The notes under the pieces were generated by a model. That model was not told the origin of the DNA, made no database searches, and saw only the letters and a list, made by a program, of their open reading frames with translations. Source: Octopus sinensis (Eukaryota). Taken from it: 64,000 bases of DNA. Both the position numbers and the translations under genes were made by a program. Shown piece by piece: positions 26,624-36,860 of this stretch. The DNA is taken from the NCBI RefSeq assembly GCF_006345805.1, contig NC_043001.1:58094001-58158000 (forward strand), written 5' to 3'. Numbering within the stretch: position 1 is the stretch's first letter; each line of letters begins with the position of its first letter.

Positions 26624-26632
<9 letters not shown>
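26156..26632 (+). repeat. Two copies of a ~120-bp structured repeat (26156-26276, 26512-26632)
   Basis: Near-identical direct repeats containing hairpins tgtcaa/ttgaca and aggaagc/gcttcct. Confidence 0.9.
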
Positions 26633-26659
<27 letters not shown>

Positions 26660-26899
26660 TTATACATACACACATACACATTATCTATATCAATATATAT
26701 TTATATACCACCCCACATATATATGTATGCAGGCATATACATATATACATACAAGTATACATATATACATATATACATATATATACAAAAATGTATATAC
26801 ATATATATATGTATGTATAAATATTCTATCTATATCTATAGATCCATCTATCTATCTATCCCTCTATCTATATGTCTATCTGTCTATCTATCTATCTAT

Positions 26900-27452
26900 T
26901 CAGGTATCTCAAGAAGAAAAAATCCGGGCTAGTCAAATCTGGGGAATGTGAAGGCCAACAAACGTAGACCTCATGGTTCCAGGAATATAGGGCAATAGCC
27001 TATATCGCAAGAGAAACAATGTAGTTGCTACAGTAGTGCTTTGGAGGGAAAATACTCTTCTGCTACGGCAATGTCAACTGGCCATCGCGTTCCCCAGACG
27101 TCACAAGTCCGAACTTTTCTTGTGAGAATGCAGGAAAGAGAGAGTTTACGTTAACAAACCGGAGAAACTTCTGCAACTGAAGAAGGACATCAATAGAAAA
27201 ATCAAAGAAGTGAGATCTGAAATTCTTGAGGGTGTTATGGTGCAAGTTTGGAAAGAGCACGGGCATGCAAAGCCGAAAATGCCTGCCATTTAAGCGAAGT
27301 CGTTTTTTATATGTAAGGTAGTGAAGTTGAAAAATTTAACTTGTGCATATTAATGTCCATTACGTCCATTACTGTGTCTGGACTTCATGCATTTATTTGT
27401 AAAGTTAAGTAAGTTACTAAACACTTTAAACCCAGCAGTCACTTTTGGGACA
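26900..27452. mobile_element. Tc1/mariner transposase C-terminal fragments in inverted arrangement
   Basis: Minus strand WPSHSPDLTSPDFFF (about 26910-26960). Plus strand NWPSRSPDVTSP...VYVNKPEKLLQLKKDI (27070-27210). TIR-like ttttgggacagcctgt at about 27440. Confidence 0.7.
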
Positions 27453-27462
27453 GCCTGTCTGT

Positions 27463-27606
<144 letters not shown>

Positions 27607-27690
27607 GGTCTGACAGAGAGATACGAATAAAGATGTAAATATCAATATTTATACGCACATATATATATATATATACATATATACATATAT

Positions 27691-27751
<61 letters not shown>

Positions 27752-29026
27752 GTAAATACATACTCACGCATGTCCACATCCCCACGTCACCCCCACACAA
27801 CATATACACACACGATCATCAATACGATGAGACAGAAATACACAGGATCGGAAAATGTTTGAAAAATTATTTTATATGTGTAGGGAAATTTGGCAATCAT
27901 TCTACATTATTTGCTTTATTCATTATCTGGTGCAAATCTGTAAATTAGAACACAAAATCTTGCCAAGAAAACAAGGTAAATTATTTCCGGAGAAAAATCA
28001 ATGACAGCGTCAACATTATATATATGCTTCTTGTTATAGTATTGTATACTACTCTCAGTACATGTATGGTTTGTATTTATACATGCACATAAAAACACAT
28101 AACTATCTCTCTCTTTCTCTCGCTCTCTCGCTCTCTCTCTCTATATATATATGGAAAGAGGGAGAGAGTTAGATAGATACATATTTAAGTATATGTATAT
28201 ATATATATTTGTGTATGTGCGTGTGTGTGATTACATATTGTCATATGCAAATATAAATTGAAGTACATATGTCTGTATATATTTATATAAATGTAGTTAG
28301 AGAGAGAGAAAAAGAGAGTATAAGACTGAATGGTAGATAGGTAGACAGATATATAATAGATATATTTATAAAATGTGTGTGTATATATGTATATGTGCAT
28401 GTGTGTGTATGCGTGTGCGTGTGTACATATTGTCACGTATATATATGAAGAGAAATTGCAGAATTTATGATGAAAAAGACGCCTTCATTTTTGAATACTA
28501 ATGAGGAAAATAGAAGCATGTAGGCAAAACATTGGCGATGAATACCAGTATTTTTTTCCTCATTACATCAGCTCAATTAATGTATATTCAGTTTCGAAAC
28601 AATTTAGGCCTGGCGTCTAACCAAGAATCAATTTAACCTTCTTTTTTTATACCGGTTCATCTCTTCCACCTTTCCTTTCTTTTGGACAACTCTTATTTCT
28701 CTAAATACATAGATACTCGATTTTCTATATTGAAAAGAAGGGATGGACGCATTGCATAATTCAATTCTAGATACTTTATCTCTCCATAAAATAAACAACT
28801 TGTATGTATATATTTATTTTTGCATTATTTTTTTACTGAAGCTAGCCTTGGTTTTATTAATATATGTGTAGAGATATCCCAGCTCATTATTTGTCTCACA
28901 GCAAAAGCAGTTGGTTAAAGTATCTATGCATGTATCTGATGTGATAGATAGATAACCAGAGAGACGGAGAGAAAGAGAGAGAGAGAAGGTGAGCTAGAGA
29001 GTATATATATATATATATATATATAT

Positions 29027-29078
29027 ATACAAGTAATAAGAGAGAGACCACATGTGGTCTCTCTCTTATTACTTGTAT
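29027..29078. repeat. Perfect 52-bp palindrome without spacer
   Basis: atacaagtaataagagagagaccaca|tgtggtctctctcttattacttgtat. Confidence 0.95.
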
Positions 29079-29195
29079 TAATAATTTTTACTGTATCACA
29101 ATTTTTTTTACGCTAGGCCACTTGGTGTTTTAAATTGATGTTATTAATTAATTTTCAATTTTTTTCACCCTTATTGTGATTTTAATTATATATAT

Positions 29196-29238
<43 letters not shown>

Positions 29239-29245
29239 GTTTATG

Positions 29246-29276
<31 letters not shown>

Positions 29277-29549
29277 TGTGTGTGTGTCTCTGTGTGTATT
29301 TATATATAGGTAGTTACGTATGTATGTATGTATATATATAATTAGGTAGGTAGGTTGGTAGGTATGTTGGTGGTAGCCAGTTTCATAGGTAAGTAGCTAT
29401 GTATTAGGTCGCTTGCTTGTGGAGAAAAGCATTAAATCACGAAATGATAGAACTCAGCTTCGTTCTGAAAATTCAAGAATCACAACGGTAAAGAGTTAAA
29501 GAGTATGTAAGTACGGATGTATATGAACATCTGTCTATTAGCATGTATG

Positions 29550-30420
29550 AATATATATATATATATACCGGAGTAAACACATAAATGTAAAACAACGTGG
29601 AAAAGAAAAGTACTCAATTACCAGGGTTAGAGTAATATGCTTTATTTAAAAACAGCAGAAATTCAACAAAACCTGTTACTCGGAGTTTCATATTCCCGTT
29701 CGTCGGACAGTTTTTGTTAAATAGAACCGATATGCCAATTCTATCAAGACTAGTATAAACGCTACACCTTTAAAAATGGACTTGTTTGATTGGTCCTTTC
29801 AAATAGCGGTCATATTCGAGCGATAAACAAAAATGAGCTCAATATAAAATATAAAAAATATGTAAAATTATAAAAGTCGAGGAAAAAAACCTTACATCAA
29901 AACTTTGGTTAAAATACATATTGTCCTTAATAAAGAAAATATAAATAATACATGGAAATTGAGATTAAAATATTAAAATGCATTAAATTATTTCACAACA
30001 GTACATACTCATACTAAACTATACATATATACATCAACAAACAGAGATAGATGTAGTCTGCGCACATCTATCTGTGTATGTTGATGTATATATGCATAGT
30101 TTAGTATGAGTATGTACTATTGTGAAATATTTTAATGAACTTTAATATTTTAATTTCAATTTGAGAACACTCAAATTCAAACCATGAGAAATCTCTGAGC
30201 TGACGAAGGACATGTTGGTCTTTATATTCAACTAATCCAGAAACGGGCCGTTCTCAGGTAATCTTATATACTTGTGATCTTTCGTTATTTTTCCCTCTAT
30301 ACCTGTGTGAGTTATTTTTGAGTATGCATTGTCTGAGAGATTTTTCTTAAGTAGAAGAAATAGCTAAGATTTCTGGCTGCTATTTATAAAACGTTCTGTG
30401 TGTGGTAAAGTAAATTATTT
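29550..30420. mobile_element. Penelope-derived non-autonomous element with central ~200-bp hairpin and divergent hammerhead motifs
   Basis: Inverted arms 29957-30054 and 30064-30161 (about 9 mismatches in 98 bp). Hammerhead-like motifs at 29673-29710 (minus) and 30195-30257 (plus). Confidence 0.7.
30195..30257 (+). ncRNA. Type I hammerhead ribozyme motif (core intact, stem II imperfect)
   Basis: Stem I CTGAG/CTCAG, core CTGACGA, long imperfect stem II (gga..gttg/caac..tcc), GAAAC-GG-G-CC-GUU. Confidence 0.6.
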
Positions 30421-30546
30421 TACTGAACCCTATTTTTATAACGTAATGTTTCAAATATACCGTAAATGGTCGTTTTACATACTGGACACTACTTGGTAAA
30501 ATTAATTAATAATTAATTAATTTTACTCTTTTATTATTATTGACTA

Positions 30547-30616
<70 letters not shown>

Positions 30617-30825
30617 CAATTGCAGCGTTCACTGCATCACAGAGATGCAGCGCGGATTTTTGTCAGTGAACAGGTCGCGGATTTTAGCGACAAAAATATT
30701 TTGACAAGTTAAACTTAAATGTGAAGTGAATCGAACGGCTTTTGTGTGTTTCTTAAATGGCTTACACACACCTTCCACGCTGCAATTGTTTTCGTTCCAG
30801 AACACGATCTCAGAGTACATCTCCG

Positions 30826-30895
<70 letters not shown>

Positions 30896-30946
30896 CTACA
30901 TACACACGCACATATATATATATATATCCATATATATATATATATG

Positions 30947-31014
<68 letters not shown>

Positions 31015-31039
31015 AATTTGTTTAAGTGATGTTTCCATT

Positions 31040-32100
31040 AGTTATTATAGATACGTTACTGCTACTTTTACTCGATTGGTCTATGGACCAATTCAGAATA
31101 ATTGAACGACCGACAATGCTTGATAGGAACAATCACTATCTATTAAATCTTAACTTGACAATGTGTTTAAATGGCCCATATCAAATTTCAACACATTTAA
31201 ACTATATCTAATCTAAAAACGATGCATTTATATCCACCTGTGTTCACCTGACTCCAAACACTAATGTTTTATAACTGTTCGTTTCCCAAATTGCTGCCAT
31301 TACGCCATTTATTAAGTTACCCCGTCCTTCTCTTCCTCCCGTTGTAACCCCTCGTCTTCTTTGTCGCTGTTCTACTTTCCTCTTTCCCGCTTTCCCTCTC
31401 TCATCTATGAACATGACATTCCTTTAGTGTTCTGCTATATTATAACCATAAACGGCTCTGACGATAGTAGCATAAATTATTTTAGGTAGTTCTATTATTC
31501 TCATCTGATCGGTGTAACCCTATCGGAAACGTACCTATAATGACTAGTGGAAACAGATGCAGGCAAAGTTCGTTCTAATATTTGAAATATATGAAGCGAT
31601 TAGTATTTTTTTTGAAGTCCAACCTGGAATTTACAATAGAAAATTGTGATGAAGTATCTCTTTGGACCACGTCATAAGAATAATTGGATTTCTTCACTTA
31701 TCTAAACCATATTGTTAGCCTGGTCTATCTAAACAATGGTGTTAGCCTGGCGTTGTTATAAATGTTCGTCTGTGTGCGTGTTTATATTTACACACTCACA
31801 CACACACACACATATATATGCATATACAAACACACACACACATACACACACACACACATATATATATATAATATATATATATATATATTATATATATATA
31901 TATATATTCAAAATGTGACCGCGTGTGTTCCGTTGGCGATTTTTTTCCTCCGTCTTCCCTTCTCTGGATCTTTCCTTTTCCTACGTTTCTGACGAAGAGC
32001 TCTGCTCGAAACGTAAAACCCTCCTTCATCCCTTCCTTCCTGAGCGTCCAGTAATACTATATTTGTTCCACGTCCTCGCGTTGTTGTGTATTCTCTTTGA
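31040..32100 (+). mobile_element. Penelope-type 3' region/pLTR remnant interrupted by microsatellites
   Basis: Pyrimidine-rich tail pieces (31300-31410, 31930-32100) flanking a hammerhead core, similar to other terminal fragments in the window. Confidence 0.5.
31985..32019 (+). ncRNA. Minimal type I hammerhead ribozyme (dimer-type), all core nucleotides intact
   Basis: GTTT (stem I) CTGACGA A GAGC-tct-GCTC (stem II) GAAA C-G TA (palindromic ACGU stem III; GUA cleavage triplet) AAAC (stem I'). Confidence 0.8.
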
Positions 32101-32214
32101 AGTCAATATACCTTGAAGTCAATCTTTTATATTTTACTTATTTCATTTATTCAACTACGAACATAAAGAATAACATCTTTAGGAAGTACTTATCTGGTTT
32201 TTTAAACGTGGTAT

Positions 32215-32485
32215 TGATTGTACCGGTGTTCTTTTGCTGAATTGCTACGTTACGGAGACGTAAACTCACCGCTGGTTGTTAAGTGTTGAAGAGGGCAACA
32301 TATGGAAACCCATACTTGCACGGAGACTCGTGGACACACACGTGGACACACATGGATACACAGACAAACATACATTCGTGCACAATCATGCACATTTGCA
32401 CATATACGACGGACTTCTTTCAGTTCCCGTGCACCAAATCAAGTCTACCAGAGGCTATATTACCCAAAGTCCTCCGTAGTGGAAC
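32215..32485 (-). mobile_element. tRNA-derived SINE, minus strand, interrupted in its head
   Basis: atacgacggacttctttcagttcccgtgcaccaaatc is the reverse complement of the SINE core at 17440-17480. Confidence 0.7.
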
Positions 32486-32864
32486 TGTTGTGATGAGAGT
32501 CATGATGTCCGATTGCGAGAAATAGACACAGCGATTATAAATAGTAACGGTTGGAGAGAAGTTTGTGTGTTTATTCGAGTAGAATTAGCAGTGATGTCGA
32601 AAGGTGACGGTTGGCTATTTCGTTTGAAATATTGATTCTTGTTTCGTGAAGCGAATGTTGGATCGTTACGTTGTTATTACAGCTGCATCCTTGTCTTGTT
32701 TACTGTTACTACACTTGTACAGTCAGTCTAAATTACTCGTCACAGTAGCGTGACCGTTCCTCGACATATGGAGACTGATGATACAACAAGAACTGATTCA
32801 AGAAGCAAGCTTGTTACCTCACATCGATGTTTGCGCTCCTATGTAGTAACATTTAGATGTAACA
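32486..32864. mobile_element. Possible solo LTR nested in the SINE
   Basis: About 380 bp bounded by TGTTG...TAACA, inserted where the SINE B-box region resumes (gtggaac|...|ctgaaatc). No clear TSD. Confidence 0.4.
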
Positions 32865-33199
32865 CTGAAATCTATGTGAAGGCCACTGAATCCTCATTCT
32901 GATGTAAATAAATGATGTCCTTCGGAGCATTCACCTTAGAAGAGGAGCGAATAAGCTAACCATTATATAGTAATAAGATCTCCTAAATATAGCAGGCAAT
33001 TTCCCTCAAATAAGACTCCAGTAAATTCAAAGATATGTAGTACAATTGTTAACATTATTAAAAATGATCAACATTCAAATAAAAGAGGAGGTTGTCACAA
33101 CAACGATTTGATCAGAACGGGTTGTGCATTCTACAACATGAAAAATAATAATTCACTGGTTAGTATTTACTCAAATCTGTTAGATTTATTTAATCAATA

Positions 33200-34090
33200 A
33201 TCATATCTCTCCAAGTGCGTGCTTTTAAAAGTGGTTAAATGCACAGTTTTATTGAGATTTAACATTCTATGATAAAATAAAGGACGGGTTCCATTTACTA
33301 AAAATAATTTTTTGTGCATATTTCTGTTTGTTTCATGATTGGAAATCAAAACAATAGCCAAGTAGTCTATCTTGATGTGGATCAATATGATTTGAGATTT
33401 CCTAGGTCATCTTCAGAACCTACAAATAACATGACTTTCAAATGTTCTAGAAGGAAACAAAAGACAACAATAGATTATTTGCTAAAGCTTTTGCTTAAAC
33501 CCGATTCATTTATACCATAAAAATATAGACGGCGTGGCAACATATAGATAATAAATGAGATTCATGTCTGTTAGAATTTACAGAATTACTATTAAAATAA
33601 AATGGCATATAATTTTTAGCTACCTAAATTATTCTACTATAAAATAGCAGAGTATTCGCTTAGAATCTATGGAATTACTTGCAGTTCAATAAAATAGAAT
33701 AAAAAAACATAAAAACGATCATGATAAATTCATCGTTCCTATTCTAAAGACATTTAAAAGCAGCTATCACATGCTTTAAATAAGAATTTCATCTTTAATA
33801 ATATCGTATCGATGCAACTGCTAGAAAATTCCATTTGTCAATGTGGATCATTTAAAGAATTGGGAGCCATTGTATTCTTGCAGGGAATCTACTACACCAT
33901 TGAAATATAGCATTTCTCCAAGATAATTTGGTAATGTAATCTCTAATAAATCAATAGAGATCTATACAAGATTTACTTGATTCAGGGAATTCTGTCAAAT
34001 CAAATCCCCAATTATTCATGAAGTTCTTTGCTTCTGAAAATTGAATTCCAAAATACAATATGACAGCAGGTTTTATTCTACAGTTAAGTA
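33200..34090 (+). pseudogene. Decayed LRR-like coding remnant
   Basis: VVYLDVDQYDLRFP, DFLGHLQNLQIT*LSN, TELLLK*NGI, NYLQFNKIE, VSMQLLENSI and LYKIYLIQGILSNQIP across shifting frames. Confidence 0.4.
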
Positions 34091-35229
34091 GAATACTAGC
34101 ATTTTGAAGTCACTGCGTATGTGGGTGCTGTGTACGGAATGAGCGCGGATCGTGTGTGCGTGTGATTCTGAGAGGAGGTAAGGGTATACACATTAATTAT
34201 ATTTGTGTTGGAATGCATATAGCTATATATTTAACATATTTGAATAAGCATGCATATGTGCATGTAGTTTTTCATATGAATATATTTGAATGCGAGTAAT
34301 TATACCAAAATTTACACATACAAGTGCACACCTATACACTTCTTACACACTTACACACTGACAAATATAAATACATGCATACACACACATATGTATATAT
34401 ATGTATACATAAATGTGTGTATAAATATATGTATATATGAATATGTACGAATATGTATGAATATATATATATGTATATATATATATATATGAGTGTGTGT
34501 ATGTATGCATATATGTATACATACATACGCGCATAAATACATATGTATACGTTCGTGTGCATATGAATGCTTATATATCTGTAACAAATCCTTTTATATA
34601 TTAGGAAATGTTCTTCATTATACACAGAAATATTCTGTTCTCTGACTTGATAACTTGTCAGCCATACAATGCAATGACATTACATTTTCATTTAACCTCA
34701 CATAAATATTCACATTTAACTGTCATTTGTAAGGTTGAATAGTAAGGTATTACTCTCATACTTACTAGATGATAATCATAAACATATCAAAATTGAAATA
34801 AATGGGTTTGCCGAAAAGAATAGAAAAATCTGAGCTTTTGATTTTAAAACGGGCGTGAAGTATGTCCTAACATTGACCCGAGTAGAAGTGTGACCTCCAC
34901 TCTCAATATTGTACGTCATCAAAACGTATCAAATTCTTATGAGTTTTACTGATATCTGTGCACCTTTCCTGTTCCTGACGAGGTAGCGTTCCATTTTTGT
35001 AGCGTTTAGGTTCACTAACTGTGAAAACATACAATCAATAGTTTACTCGCCTTTACTTTCACAGTATCACAAGTTCAATATTTCTGCTCTTATTGGGCAC
35101 TTTGCTTCTGGTAGGTATCTAAAATGGCTGGCTCAATTTTTCCTGTTTCAATAACAAAATAAGACATTATGAAAATAGAATGTCACTTTCTACCATATAG
35201 CTTTGTAGATAACAATAATAGAGTATCAA

Positions 35230-36100
35230 TTATTAAAAATTTGCACGCATGTCGCTCCAATTTTAGGACGACTTTCGTTACGACCCTAGATGAAGTATAT
35301 GACATCGTCCGCATGAGCATGATTCATGGTCCATATTTGGCCTTGAAAGTGCCAGTAGAAGTATGAGGCTTCTGAGTACCTATCGGGCGGTACATCAACA
35401 GCAATGAGGCTTTTTGGCGTATCTTAAATGGGTCCAACTTTGGCTGAAGGGGCTTTGCTAAACTCACCTAAAAGCCAACGGTAAGTCTTCGTTATTTTGC
35501 TCCAAACATGTGTGTTCTCCGATCCAGCTTCTTTGTGGGTGAATTACATCGACCCCATGTCCAAGCATTTCCTGTGGATGGCAAAGAAACGGTGCCCTAA
35601 TGCTGACGTTGGATACAAAGACCTGATCTACAATAACGCGTTGATTGAAATCGAGGATGCCCTGCTCAAAATGGGTGGGGCGGCGTTGAACACATTCGGT
35701 TTGCCATCCTCATTGCGACAGGACGTGGACTCACTCGCACCAAAGTTACTTCTGGAATTGTCGTATGCCGCTGATGGACTTGCGGAGTACCTGAGAGTAA
35801 ATGAATCGACATTGCACCCTGATTAGAGGCTGGCGTACGAAATTGTCGTCAGTGTCATTGAAAAACAGGTGGGCGACATTTTTTCTCGATGTTCCTCGAG
35901 GTACCGGAAGTCCTTTATAACACAATTAATACTTGCTAAAATTCGTCGGGAGAAAGAAATTGCACGAGCCGTTGCCTCCTTGGGAATTGCTGCTACGTTA
36001 TTGCTGGGAGACAGGACGTCGAACTCGGTATTCAAGCTGCCTTTCGATTTGGTGGGGGCCGAGGTTTCTACTTGCAACATTGGCAAAAAATCATATATAT
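35230..36100 (+). mobile_element. Internally deleted Helitron RepHel remnant
   Basis: MIHGP and GRYINSNEAFWRI (Rep). IYNNALIEIED...FGLP, then LILAKIR...AVASLGIAATLL.G.RT.NSVFKLP (PIF1 helicase motifs I/Ia region). Confidence 0.88.
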
Positions 36101-36860
36101 CTATACACACAGAAACAAAATTCATCGATGTACAAGGAAAATGGATATACGTACATACATACATACACACATATATTTTTCTATATATACAAGTGTACTT
36201 TCTATTTATTAGCATGTTCAAGGAGGACAATTATTTCCATCATCACTTGTAAGGTTGGATAAATTATATAAGCGTATGGAATTATCAATGACAAAGTTAA
36301 GGCTCATATTACCAGTCTGTATTGGGAGTACTGAAGAGATATATAGTTTTTTTCCACGCAATAATATTTGATTTTTTATATAGTGATGCAAACTTTTCGG
36401 TAGGTTCAGCAAAACTCACAATATATATAAAAAAGAATATATTAGTTATTTATAGAGAAGTCACAGTAATGTCATCATAATAATGGAGGTTGTGGGATAG
36501 ATTCGAAATAATAATATAAAGTATTATGTGGCATGGAAAAAGCAAAGAGAAAATGTAGAATATTATCAAATAACGAACAACTTGTAAATTATTCAGTACA
36601 ATCGAAAGGCAGCTCTTGTAACTCGATCTGATAAGCTTGGGAAATAGGGACAGTCTTCACGGTAAATACTGAACAAGAGATGGACATCGTATCAGAAAGC
36701 AAAATGTCACTAGAGTATATGAGTATGTATGAATGTTATTATACGTTGGAGAATTAAGAAATGACTACTCACCGGTCTTCCCTGGATAGAAAAAAAAATG
36801 GATAAATGTTGCTATATTTATCGTAATCAATGGAATGAACATTGTAAAAATATTTAACAA

